DNA of 64,000 bases from an uncultured Acidimicrobiia bacterium (lineage in GTDB: Bacteria; Actinomycetota; Acidimicrobiia; Acidimicrobiales; AC-14), in NCBI GenBank assembly GCA_963836205.1, contig CAWIIV010000024.1, positions 192,001-256,000 of the forward strand. The letters run 5' to 3'. The notes beneath the pieces are model-generated. The model had not been told where the DNA came from. It did no database searches and worked only from the letters and a program-made list of their open reading frames with translations. Within the stretch, counting starts at the first letter, position 1. The number at the start of each line of letters is the position of its first letter. Below, one piece after another: positions 46,609 through 56,024 of this stretch. The translations under genes were made by a program, and so were the position numbers.

Positions 46609-47532
46609 CTACTTCAGGGCCTGCGAGATCCCCGAAGCGGCGGGACCGAGGACCACCACCATGATCGCCGGGAACACGAACAGGACCAGCGGGAACAGCA
46701 TCTTGACCGGCAGCTTGGCCGCCTTCTCCCGGGCCCACTGGCGGCGCTTCATCCGCATCTCGCCGGCCTGGGTCTTGAGGACCCGGCCGATCGGGATGCC
46801 GAGGGCGTCGGCCTGGAGCAGGGCCAGGACCAGGTTGGACAGCTCCGGAACCTCGGTGCGGCGCTTGAGGTTCTGGAACGCGTCCCGGCGGGGCAGGCCC
46901 AGCTCCATCTCGTGGAGCGTGCGGGCGAACTCCTCGGCCAGGGGGGAGTTGAAGTGCTGGCACACGATGGCCAGCGCCCCCTCGAAGCCCATACCCGCCT
47001 CCACCGAGATGGCGAGCAGGTCGAGCGTGTCGGGAAGGTCCTTCAGGATCGCCCCCTGCCGCTCGCGGAGCTTGCGGGCCAGCCACGAGGCGGGCAGCAG
47101 GATCCCGATGAGCGGGGCCATGATCAGCACCAGCAGGGCGACGCGGGGCGACGGGGCGCCCAGGGTCACGTACATCACCGCGCCCAGGGTGCAGGCGGCG
47201 GTGGCGGCCAGCTGCCCGACCACGAACTCCTCGGCCCGCATGGTCCCCGTGAGGCCGGCGAGCAGGAGCTTGCGGTGGGTCTGGTCGAGGTAGTTGCGGG
47301 GCGTGAGCCGGCCCACCGAGTTGGCCAGGCCGGCACCGAAGGGGCGCACGACCCGGACGATGAACGGCTCCTGCAGCTTCCGCTCGAACTCGTCGGTGAA
47401 CGTGACGTTCTCGTCGAGGTCGCGCAGGTACTGGCCGACGTTCCCCGCGGGACGGGCCCGGGTGAGCCCGACGGCCACCGCGGTGGCCCCGGCCACCGCG
47501 AGGAAGACGGGAAGGAGAAGCATGAGGTCCAT
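46609..47532 (-). CDS. tadC: Tad pilus assembly protein TadC
   Basis: LPDTLDLLAISVEAG, AAKLPVKMLFPL. Confidence 0.9.
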   Translation of the reverse strand: MDLMLLLPVFLAVAGATAVAVGLTRARPAGNVGQYLRDLDENVTFTDEFERKLQEPFIVRVVRPFGAGLANSVGRLTPRNYLDQTHRKLLLAGLTGTMRAEEFVVGQLAATAACTLGAVMYVTLGAPSPRVALLVLIMAPLIGILLPASWLARKLRERQGAILKDLPDTLDLLAISVEAGMGFEGALAIVCQHFNSPLAEEFARTLHEMELGLPRRDAFQNLKRRTEVPELSNLVLALLQADALGIPIGRVLKTQAGEMRMKRRQWAREKAAKLPVKMLFPLVLFVFPAIMVVVLGPAASGISQALK

Positions 47533-47534
47533 GG

Positions 47535-48494
47535 CTATACCTCGATCTTTGTCATGCGGAAGATGATGAAGGAGCCCATCGCCACCATGGCCGCGGTGCC
47601 CATGAGCACCACCAGCCCCATCCCCCGGAACATCGGCTTCATGTAGTCGGGGCTGACGAAGTTGATGGCGAAGAGCATGAAGGGAGCCAGCGCGGTGAGC
47701 ACCCAGGCCGAGATCCGGCCCTCGGCGGTGAGCACCGCAACTTCCCGGCGCACTTCCTCACGGGCCCGGATGAAGTCGGCCAGCGTGTGCAGGAGGTCGG
47801 CCAGCTTGCCACCCACCTGCTGCTGGATGCGGATGGCCTGCACGACCCAGTCGAGGTCGCGGATCTGGAGGCGCTTGGCCATGCGGTCGAGCGCGTCCAC
47901 CACCGGGTCGCCCAGGCGGGTCTCCGAGACGAGCCGGGAGAACTCCTCCGACAGCGGCGGCGGCGACTCCTCGCACATCATCTGGATGGCACGCAGGAAC
48001 GTGTGCCCGGCCGACAGCGACGAGGCGATGAGGCCGAGGGCGTCGGGCAGGGCCGCTTCGAACGCCTTCTTGCGCCGGGCGATCCGCTGCTTGACGACCA
48101 CCGAGGCGATCAGTGGTCCGATGAGGGCCCCGAAGAGGGCGAAGAACCATGTCGACGACAGGGCCAGGAGCAGTGCGGCCAGGCCCAGGCTGCCGGCGAG
48201 GGTGACCAGGACGAACTCGCCCGGCCGCAACGGGATGCGAGCCCGCTCCAGCGACAAGGCCATGGAGCCCTTGCTGTCGAACTGGGTGACCATGCGCCCG
48301 GCGGCCTGGATCGTCCCCTCGACGAGCGGGCTCAGGTTCTCGGTGACACCCTCGACCCGGACGTCGCGCTCGCCGTAGGGCAGCTCGAGGATCTCGGCCA
48401 GCTGGCGCTGCCGGTCGCGGGACCGGGACAGCATGCCGACGACCACCAGCAACAGGCCGGCACCGACGGCGAAGACGGCGATCAACGTGGTCAT
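47535..48494 (-). CDS. tadB: Tad pilus assembly protein TadB
   Basis: LPDALGLIASSLSAGH, GGKLADLL and TAEGRIS motifs. Confidence 0.9.
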   Translation of the reverse strand: MTTLIAVFAVGAGLLLVVVGMLSRSRDRQRQLAEILELPYGERDVRVEGVTENLSPLVEGTIQAAGRMVTQFDSKGSMALSLERARIPLRPGEFVLVTLAGSLGLAALLLALSSTWFFALFGALIGPLIASVVVKQRIARRKKAFEAALPDALGLIASSLSAGHTFLRAIQMMCEESPPPLSEEFSRLVSETRLGDPVVDALDRMAKRLQIRDLDWVVQAIRIQQQVGGKLADLLHTLADFIRAREEVRREVAVLTAEGRISAWVLTALAPFMLFAINFVSPDYMKPMFRGMGLVVLMGTAAMVAMGSFIIFRMTKIEV

Positions 48495-50011
48495 TGGGCA
48501 CGCTCCGCCCGGGCCAGGGTGGACAGGGACGGGATGCGGGCGTTACGACCACCCCGGGCGGCAGCCGCAGGGGCCGCTCCCGGTGCCGCCGTCGGTGCCC
48601 GGAAGGCCTTGGCCGGGACCTCGATGCCGTTCTCGCCCAGCTTGTCGAGGAACTTGGGCCGCAGGCCGGTGGCCACCAGCTCGCCGTTGATGCGGCCGTT
48701 GTCGCCCCGGGCGAACTGCCGGAACTTGAAGATCTCCTGCAGCAGGATCGTCTCGCCCTCCATGCCCTGGAGCTCGGTCACCGAGGTGACCACGCGCCGG
48801 CCGTCGGAGAGACGGTCGAGGTGCATGATGATGTTCAGGGCGGAGGCGATCTGCTCCCGGATGGCCTTGACCGGGAGGTCGTAGCCGGCCATCAGCACCA
48901 TGGTCTCGATGCGGCTGAGGGCGTCGCGGGGGCTGTTGGAGTGGACCGTGGTCATCGAGCCCTCGTGGCCGGTGTTCATGGCCTGGAGCATGTCGAGGGA
49001 CTCGGCGCCACGAACCTCACCGACGATGATGCGGTCGGGACGCATACGGAGGGCGTTGCGGACCAGGTCGCGGATCTTGACCTCGCCGGCACCTTCCGCG
49101 TTGGGCGGGCGGGCCTCGAGGCTCAGGATGTGGGGCTGCTGGAGCTGGAGCTCGGCCGCGTCCTCGATGGTGACGATGCGCTCGCCCTCGGGGATGAACG
49201 ACGAGAGCACGTTGAGGTTGGTGGTCTTACCGGTGCCGGTACCACCGCTGACCAGGATGTTCAGCTTGCCCCGGACACAGGCCTCCATCACGACCGAGAG
49301 GTCGAGGGTGAAGGTGCCGAAGTTGATGAGGTCCTTGACCGTGTAGGGGTCGGCGGCGAACTTCCGGATCGTCATGATCGGGCCGTGGATGGCCAGCGGC
49401 GGGAGGATGGCGTTGACACGGGAGCCGTCGGGAAGGCGGGCGTCGACCATGGGCGACGACTCGTCGATGCGACGACCCACGGCGGACACGATCTTCTCGA
49501 TCACGTGCCGGTACTGCTGGTCGTCACCGAAGGCGGCGCCGGTGTGGTGGAGCTTGCCGTCGCGCTCGATCCAGATGTCGTCGTAGTTGTTGCACATGAT
49601 TTCTGTGATCGACGGGTCCTGGAGCAGCGGGTCGAGCGGCCCGTAGCCGAGGGTGTCCTGGATCATCTCCTGGAGGAAGGTGCGCCGCTCCCGGGGGGAG
49701 ATCTTGACGTCCTCCCGCGAGATGATGCGGTCGAGGGCGGACTTGACCTCGTTGGTGAGGCCCTCGGGGGTGAGCCCGTGGACCTTGGGCGCGACCTCGG
49801 CCAGGACGAGCTCCCGGACCTTCTTCTTGGACGCGTGCCACGAGGCGGCGGACGTCGCCCCCGCCCGCCGGGCGGTTGCGGCTTGACCGGTTTCGGTCGG
49901 TCGGGCTGCCACCCGCCTCCGGGCCGTTTCGCCGGACGACAGTGCCGACCGGGATGAGGTTGCCGCTCGTTCCTGGTCCTCCAGGGCTGCGAGCTTGTCT
50001 GAGAGTTTCAC
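48491..50011 (-). CDS. cpaF: Tad secretion ATPase TadA/CpaF
   Basis: GGTGTGKTT, IEDAAEL, LRMRPDRIIVGE and MNTGHEGS motifs. Confidence 0.93.
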   Translation of the reverse strand: MKLSDKLAALEDQERAATSSRSALSSGETARRRVAARPTETGQAATARRAGATSAASWHASKKKVRELVLAEVAPKVHGLTPEGLTNEVKSALDRIISREDVKISPRERRTFLQEMIQDTLGYGPLDPLLQDPSITEIMCNNYDDIWIERDGKLHHTGAAFGDDQQYRHVIEKIVSAVGRRIDESSPMVDARLPDGSRVNAILPPLAIHGPIMTIRKFAADPYTVKDLINFGTFTLDLSVVMEACVRGKLNILVSGGTGTGKTTNLNVLSSFIPEGERIVTIEDAAELQLQQPHILSLEARPPNAEGAGEVKIRDLVRNALRMRPDRIIVGEVRGAESLDMLQAMNTGHEGSMTTVHSNSPRDALSRIETMVLMAGYDLPVKAIREQIASALNIIMHLDRLSDGRRVVTSVTELQGMEGETILLQEIFKFRQFARGDNGRINGELVATGLRPKFLDKLGENGIEVPAKAFRAPTAAPGAAPAAAARGGRNARIPSLSTLARAERAQ

Positions 50012-50020
50012 GGTCCTCCC

Positions 50021-51283
50021 TTAAGAGCCGGTCGATTGAGGAGTCAGGTGGAAGATGCGGCTGAACAGGCCGGCTTTCCTTGCGCCAGGCTCGGCGAAGG
50101 CGGGCACCTTGGACTGCATGCCCTCGGGCAGCAGGGGCGCCATGCCAGCGGCCATGCGCTTGCTGACTTCGGAGTTGGGGTTGAAGGCCAGGATGGGCGT
50201 ACCGACGTTGACCGACTTGCTGACCTCCCGGGCGTACGGAAGTACCGAGGCGAAGCCCTGGGAGAACAGCTTGGTGATCTGGTCGATGTCGATGCCGACG
50301 TCGCGCTCGGCCTTGTTGAGGATGAGCTTGACGTTGTCGGACGGGATCTTCAGCTTGTCGAGGGTGTTGAGGAACACGCCCATGTTGCGGACGCTGGGCA
50401 GGTCCATGGTGGCCATGATGTAGAGCTGGTCGGACAGGTCGAAGGCGGCCAGGACGATCTCGGTGAGCGCCGCCGGCGTGTCGACCACGACGTAGTCGAA
50501 CTTGGCCCGCGCCGCCTCGATCACCCGGGCCACGTCGGCCGGGTGGATCCGGTCGGCGTCGGACGGGTCCTTGGGGGCGGCGAGCACCTGCACGCCACTG
50601 TCGTGGGCCACCACGTACTCCTGGATGTGGGCCTCGAGGTCTCCCTCGTCCTGTTCCTCACGGGCCAGCAGGTCGGAGATGGTGAACCGGGGCCGCAAGC
50701 GGAGGGCGGTGGAGACCTCGCCGAACTGCAGGTCGAGGTCGATGATGCAGGTGCGCTTGCCGGTGTGCTGGTGGAGGAAGTAGGCGAGGTTGGTCGAGTA
50801 GAAGGTCTTGCCGCAGCCGCCGGTGGCAGAGGCGACGGTGAAGACCGCACCCTGCTTGCCATGGCCGGCGACGACCGTGGTGGCCGGAGCGCTGCTTATC
50901 CGGGGCCGGCTGACCCCCACGGCGCGCTCGATGGCGTCGTGGAGCATCCGGTCCGACACCGGGAGCTGGAGCAGGTCCAGCGCCCCGGTGCGGACGATGT
51001 CACGGAGGGCGGCGTCAGGCCGCTTGTCGAAGGCAAGGAGGAGGCTCATGGCCGGCGACTCGTCATGCAGGGCCTGCATGCGGGCCAGGCTGGCCTTGGT
51101 CCCCAGGCTGGGCCCGGCGATCATCACGTCGAACGGACCGCTGCTGGCGATCACCTCGTTCACGATGGCCAGCCGATCGCACGGCACCACCTCGGGGCGG
51201 GGCCGGAGGTCTCCGGCCACCCCCCGGACCTGGTCAGCCAGGTCCGGTTCCTTTTCGACTACGAGGATCTTCGGGTTTCGCAC
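50021..51283 (-). CDS. cpaE: TadZ/CpaE (receiver-like plus MinD ATPase)
   Basis: ATGGCGKT, IDLDLQFG and VVVDTP motifs. Confidence 0.85.
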   Translation of the reverse strand: MRNPKILVVEKEPDLADQVRGVAGDLRPRPEVVPCDRLAIVNEVIASSGPFDVMIAGPSLGTKASLARMQALHDESPAMSLLLAFDKRPDAALRDIVRTGALDLLQLPVSDRMLHDAIERAVGVSRPRISSAPATTVVAGHGKQGAVFTVASATGGCGKTFYSTNLAYFLHQHTGKRTCIIDLDLQFGEVSTALRLRPRFTISDLLAREEQDEGDLEAHIQEYVVAHDSGVQVLAAPKDPSDADRIHPADVARVIEAARAKFDYVVVDTPAALTEIVLAAFDLSDQLYIMATMDLPSVRNMGVFLNTLDKLKIPSDNVKLILNKAERDVGIDIDQITKLFSQGFASVLPYAREVSKSVNVGTPILAFNPNSEVSKRMAAGMAPLLPEGMQSKVPAFAEPGARKAGLFSRIFHLTPQSTGS

Positions 51284-51292
51284 AGGGGGCCC

Positions 51293-52021
51293 CTACAGAA
51301 CCTGAAGGGCAGACTCGACACCGGCACCGGGCGTCTCGCCGACGGCGGGGGCGTCCTTGGCCACGAGGGAGAAGTACAGCGACTCGAAGCTCGTCAGGTA
51401 GACGAGGCGCTCGGCCTCGACGGGGCTGACGGAGAGCAGGAACACCAGGCCGGGAGCGGAAGGCTGTCCGGGGGTGGCGATCAGGTTCGTGCCGTTGACG
51501 TTCAGGACCTCGGTGTTCTGCATGATCAGCTTGACCGCGCCGCCGGGGGTGCCTGCGCCCGGCTTCTGGACGGCGTAGATGTTGATGCGGTCACCGGCGC
51601 CGGCGAACCCGGCAACACCCGGCACGTTGGCCAGCTCGAGGGCGAGAGCGGTCTTGCCCTCGGGGATCTTGAGGGTGCCGATGCGGGTCTGGGTCGCCTG
51701 GAACTGGGAGTCCGTGATGATCTGGCCCTCGGGCACGCCCAGGATGGCGGAGCGGCCGGCGAGCTGGGTCGGGTCGGTGAGGGCGTTGGCGGGCTTGACC
51801 GAGTCGGCCACCACCTTGCTCTTCACAAAGCCGTTGTTGGCCGCGTCGGCACCGTTGGTGCCTGCGGGGATGGGCTTGGCGGCCACGAGCACGGCGACCT
51901 TGCCGGATCCGACGGCGGGGGAGTTGTCCCCGTTGTCGCGCAGGATCAGGAAGGTGGCCATCGCGCCGACGATGAAGACGGCGAGGCCGAGGGTAACAAT
52001 CACGTTTGAGCGCTTAGCCAT
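51293..52021 (-). CDS. cpaB: Flp pilus assembly protein CpaB/RcpC
   Basis: SAF domain (VLVAAKPIPAG), GVAGF..AGDRI. Confidence 0.85.
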   Translation of the reverse strand: MAKRSNVIVTLGLAVFIVGAMATFLILRDNGDNSPAVGSGKVAVLVAAKPIPAGTNGADAANNGFVKSKVVADSVKPANALTDPTQLAGRSAILGVPEGQIITDSQFQATQTRIGTLKIPEGKTALALELANVPGVAGFAGAGDRINIYAVQKPGAGTPGGAVKLIMQNTEVLNVNGTNLIATPGQPSAPGLVFLLSVSPVEAERLVYLTSFESLYFSLVAKDAPAVGETPGAGVESALQVL

Positions 52022-52082
52022 TGGGTTGTCGGCTCCTGGTCGGGGTTAGTCGTAGGGGCAGTGATTCGAATTGCCCACTGAG

Positions 52083-52160
52083 TTGTCGGCTGGCTCCCTG
52101 CCGACCTGTAGCCGGTTTTTCGTAACGCACCCTCAAGCTGGGGCGGTTTCCATCCGATAC
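52083..52160. promoter_or_regulatory. Divergent sigma-28-like promoters for cpaB and tadE
   Basis: TACA-N16-GCCGACAA (-) and TCAA-N16-TCCGATAC (+). Confidence 0.6.
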
Positions 52161-52212
52161 CTCACCCGAACGACCGAGAAGGGGCCTACAAGTGGGGATC
52201 GAGGAGCCGACC

Positions 52213-52674
52213 GTGAGTAACAGCCGTCTTTCCGCGCCGGGCGCGGGCACCCGTCGGCGGTGCCGCCGCGGGGATGAGTCCGGAGCCGCCCTGGTGGAGT
52301 TCGCCCTGGTGGTGGGACTGTTCGTGTTCATCCTGTACGGGCTGATCTGGTTCGGCATGATGCTCGCCCTCAAGCAGGGCGTCACCAACGCCGCCGCAGA
52401 GGGGGCCCGGTCCGCCGTCGGCCTCACCGGTGCCGCCGCCCAGACCAAGGCCAAGGCCACCGTCGCCGACCGCCTGGGGTGGCTGGGCAGCAACTACGAC
52501 CCGAACAACGTCACCGTCGACCTCCCCGCGCCCTGCGTCGGCGGCGCCGGCACGTGCATCACGGTGAAGATCGAGTACCCGTGGGAGGACCGTCCCCTGG
52601 TCCCCGCGGCTCCCGGCCTGAACTTCGTGGCGGTCGACAAGATCGCCTCCGAGGCGACCGTCCAGATCTCATGA
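52213..52674 (+). CDS. tadE: TadE-like pseudopilin
   Basis: DESG|AALVEFALV...AAAEGAR; start could be 52192. Confidence 0.85.
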   Translation: MSNSRLSAPGAGTRRRCRRGDESGAALVEFALVVGLFVFILYGLIWFGMMLALKQGVTNAAAEGARSAVGLTGAAAQTKAKATVADRLGWLGSNYDPNNVTVDLPAPCVGGAGTCITVKIEYPWEDRPLVPAAPGLNFVAVDKIASEATVQIS

Positions 52675-54308
52675 GCGCCGGTCGACTTCAGAACGTGTTC
52701 TTCCGGCGCACCCCGGACGAGCGGGGCGCCATCCTGGTGCTCTCGACGGTCGGCATCGTGCTGGCCATGATCTTCTCGGCCATGGCCGTCGACCTCGGCT
52801 TCACCGCCCAGGAGGCCCGCCGCAACCAGAAGGTGGCCGACCTGGCCGCCCTCGACGCGGTGCGCGACCTGGCCAACCACCAGGCGATCGCCAGCCAGAG
52901 CGCCAACGTCCGCAACAAGTTCCCCACCGGGGCGGGCAACACCGTCGTCTCCCAACGGGGCACCTGGAACGGCACGACCTTCGTGCCCAATGGCGCCGGC
53001 GAGGATGTCGAGGTCACCGTGACCTCGCCCCACACCGACCTCTTCCCGTTCGTCGCCGGCGCCGACAGCGTCACCCGGCGGGCGGTGGCCAACCTCCAGG
53101 AGCGGGCGTCGTTCGACCTCGGCTCCAAGCTGGCCTCGCTGAACCCCGGCGACAACACGCTGCTGAACCAGGTGTTCTCGGCGATCCTGGGCACCAGCCC
53201 GGCGATCAACATGAACCTCGTCAGCTACCAGGGCCTCACCAGCGGCACCGTCTCCCTGACGGAGATCGCGGCCGCCGACCTCGGCCTGGGCACCGCTCAG
53301 CAGCTGGCCACCAGCAACATCGAGCTGAAGCGGCTGGCCACGGCCACCCTCAAGGCCCTCCAGACCAAGGCCGCCGGCGGCGACCTGGCGGCCCTCGCGG
53401 CCGCCACCGCCCTGGGGACGTTCGCCACCAACATCCCGTCCGACCTGCACGTGAACATGGGGCAGATCCTCGGCGTCAACGCACCCGACGACCCGTCGGC
53501 CCTGAGCGCCCAGCTCGGCGTGTTCAACCTGATCAGCACCGGTGGCCAGGCGGCGCAGATCGCCAACGGCCACAACTTCCTCAACATCCCGAACCTCACC
53601 CTCGGGATCCCGAACCTGGCGACGTCCCATCTCCAGCTGCACCTGATCGAGACGCCTCGGATCGCTCTGCCGGGCCCGGCCCGTCAGGTGCCGATGGACG
53701 CGTTGCTCTTCCCGACGGGCTGGCAGACGTGGGCCAAGACGGCGCAGATCGGCATCACCCTGACCACCAAGATCTCCATCGGTTGCGGGTTCCTCGCCTT
53801 GACCTGCGTGGAGGTCGACCTGCCCATCGTGATCGACGGGGCCAAGGCGTTCGGCTCGCTCACCGACGTGCGGTGCGCGGCGCCCAACAAGTACGACGAC
53901 ATCCTGGTCTCGACCCTGGCCACGCAGGCCCAGGCTGCGATCACCGCCAAGGTGAAGCTGCTGGGCATCACCCTGCCGCTCCCGTCGATCGCCAACGCCT
54001 CCGTGCCCCTCGGCGGTGGGTCGGCGACGCTGACGTTCCAGAACAAGGCACCCGTGCCCGGGCCCGAGTACCCGACCGACGTCCAGTCCACCGCTGCCAC
54101 CGGCCTCGGACTGGCCACCCTGCTCACCAGCCAGCTCAACCTGCTCGGAATCCCCCTCGGGAACCTCCTGTCGCTGCTGCAGCCGGTGACCGACGCCATC
54201 GACAACCAGATCCTCAAGCCGGTGTTCGAGTCCCTCGGCCTCACCGTCGGCGGCGCCGACGTGCGGACCCTGAGCGTCGACTGCGGTACGCCGACTCTGA
54301 TCCACTGA
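52671..54308 (+). CDS. TadG-like pilus-associated protein
   Basis: DERG|AILV, AVDLG..Q..ADLAALDA Tad N-terminal motif. Confidence 0.75.
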   Translation: MSAGRLQNVFFRRTPDERGAILVLSTVGIVLAMIFSAMAVDLGFTAQEARRNQKVADLAALDAVRDLANHQAIASQSANVRNKFPTGAGNTVVSQRGTWNGTTFVPNGAGEDVEVTVTSPHTDLFPFVAGADSVTRRAVANLQERASFDLGSKLASLNPGDNTLLNQVFSAILGTSPAINMNLVSYQGLTSGTVSLTEIAAADLGLGTAQQLATSNIELKRLATATLKALQTKAAGGDLAALAAATALGTFATNIPSDLHVNMGQILGVNAPDDPSALSAQLGVFNLISTGGQAAQIANGHNFLNIPNLTLGIPNLATSHLQLHLIETPRIALPGPARQVPMDALLFPTGWQTWAKTAQIGITLTTKISIGCGFLALTCVEVDLPIVIDGAKAFGSLTDVRCAAPNKYDDILVSTLATQAQAAITAKVKLLGITLPLPSIANASVPLGGGSATLTFQNKAPVPGPEYPTDVQSTAATGLGLATLLTSQLNLLGIPLGNLLSLLQPVTDAIDNQILKPVFESLGLTVGGADVRTLSVDCGTPTLIH

Positions 54309-54365
54309 TCCCCCCACCTCGTCACGCTTGACGGAGCACCCGGGTCGGCTCGATAGCCTGCCCGG

Positions 54366-54688
54366 GTGCTTCGTCATGTGGCGGTCTTCAGGTGGGTGGA
54401 GGGCACGCCGGCCGCCTCGGTGGAGGCCTTCGCGATCGGGGCTGGCCGGGCTACCGGCGGTGATCCCGGAGATCCGGTCGTACCGGTTCGGGCCCGGACG
54501 CGGGGCTGGGGATGTCGGCCAACGCCGACTACGCGGTGGTGGCCGACTTCGACGACGCCGACGGGTACGCGGCCTACGCCGGACACCCGGCCCATCAGGA
54601 CGTGATCGTGCGGCTCCTGCGCCCGATCGTGGCCGAGCGGCTCTCGGTGCAGTTCACGCTTCCTCGTCCGGGATCGGCGGAGGGATAG
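54366..54688 (+). CDS. Dabb (stress-responsive alpha/beta barrel) protein, two apparent frameshifts
   Basis: VLRHVAVFRW / LPAVIPEIRSYRFGPD / DYAVVADF...YAGHPAH across three frames. Confidence 0.7.
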
Positions 54689-55349
54689 GCGCCGACCGCA
54701 GGTACCCGGTGATGTCGTCGGCCCGGTAGAGGTTGTGCGTGGCCGGGTGCTGGGGTGACTTGCCGACCACGGTTCCGTCCCGCCGCACGCCCCAGAAGCC
54801 CTCGTAGGCCTGCTTGGGCCGGTGGGGGTCGGTGATGTAGTGGGGCACCTGCTCCACCAGGTCGAAGCCGGGCCGGGACGCGGCCCACGACGGCTCGTCG
54901 AGGAAGAGCACGATCCGGGGGTCGAAGGCGTCGATGGCGTGCGCCACCCGCTCGGGCTGCCCGGCGGCGGGCAGGAGGGTGGTGAGGGAGAGCGCCTCGG
55001 TGGCTCCCCAACGGGGCTGGCGGAGGCGGAAGAGGGTCACCGACCACCGGCGGACCTCGGCCCAGAAACCCATGGGGTCGGGGTAGTAGAAGCCCTGGTG
55101 GGGCGTGCCGAGGGTGAGGGGCAGCTCCTGCCACGGGATGAGGGGATCGCGCCACACCGGCTCCTTGGTGGTGACCAGGAGGAGCCAGGGGTTCAGGCTG
55201 CCGGGGGCGTTGGGGGGCCAGTCGCCCAGGCGGTCGGCCAGGCCCTTGGTGGCCCGCCGGTTCTGGGTGCGCGCCGAGTCCAGGCGGTCCTCGGGATTGA
55301 TCGAGAACAGCTTGGTGTCACCCCGATGGCGGCGGGCTTCGGTGCGTAT
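54654..55349 (-). CDS. Hypothetical protein
   Basis: ORF 54654..55157 stays open upstream to ~55349 with typical codon usage; start codon unclear. Confidence 0.5.
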   Translation of the reverse strand: MRTEARRHRGDTKLFSINPEDRLDSARTQNRRATKGLADRLGDWPPNAPGSLNPWLLLVTTKEPVWRDPLIPWQELPLTLGTPHQGFYYPDPMGFWAEVRRWSVTLFRLRQPRWGATEALSLTTLLPAAGQPERVAHAIDAFDPRIVLFLDEPSWAASRPGFDLVEQVPHYITDPHRPKQAYEGFWGVRRDGTVVGKSPQHPATHNLYRADDITGYLRSAPIPPPIPDEEA

Positions 55350-55375
55350 AGGGCCGATGATACGGTCGACCTGGG

Positions 55376-55963
55376 ATGCTCGTGGTCGGGTTGACGGGTG
55401 GCATCGGGTCGGGGAAGTCGACGGTGTCGTCGTTGCTGGCCGACCGGGGGGCCCTGGTGGTCGACACCGACGCCGTCGCCCGCCAGGTGGTGGCTCCCGG
55501 GGGTGCCGCCCACGAAGCCCTGGTCCGCCGGTTCGGTCCGTCGTTGGCCGCCGACCGCCGGGCGCTGGCAGGGGTGGTGTTCGCCGATCGGTCGGCCCTG
55601 GCCGACCTCAACGCCATCGTCCACCCTGCGGTCCGGGAGGAGGTGGCCCGGCGGATGGCGGAGCTCCGGGAGCGGGGCGCCGAAGTGGTCGTGCTGGCGG
55701 TTCCCCTCCTGGTGGAGACCGGCGGCGCCTACGACGTGGACGCGGTGGTCGTCGTCGACTGCCCGGAGGAGATCGCCGTTCGCCGCCTGGTCGAGCGCCG
55801 GGGCATGGACGAGGCCGACGTCCGTCGCCGGATGGCCGCCCAGGCGTCCCGCGAGCAACGCCTGGCCGTCGCCGACGTCGTCATCCACAACGACGGCCCC
55901 ATGGACGACCTCGAGGCCCAGGCCGACGAGACCTGGGAGTGGATCCAGGAGCTGTTGGGGTAG
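55376..55963 (+). CDS. coaE: Dephospho-CoA kinase
   Basis: VGLTGGIGSGKST, LNAIVHP and VPLLVE motifs. Confidence 0.93.
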   Translation: MLVVGLTGGIGSGKSTVSSLLADRGALVVDTDAVARQVVAPGGAAHEALVRRFGPSLAADRRALAGVVFADRSALADLNAIVHPAVREEVARRMAELRERGAEVVVLAVPLLVETGGAYDVDAVVVVDCPEEIAVRRLVERRGMDEADVRRRMAAQASREQRLAVADVVIHNDGPMDDLEAQADETWEWIQELLG

Positions 55964-55972
55964 CCCGAGTGA

Positions 55973-56024
55973 CGAACTGGTGACAGATCCGGGGGTCAGG
56001 GCCACCGAAAATGTCACCGGTTGC
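55973..56024. repeat. 52-bp palindromic unit abutting the stop codon of DUF559 gene B
   Basis: 44/52 identical to the reverse complement of 57040-57091. Confidence 0.85.
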
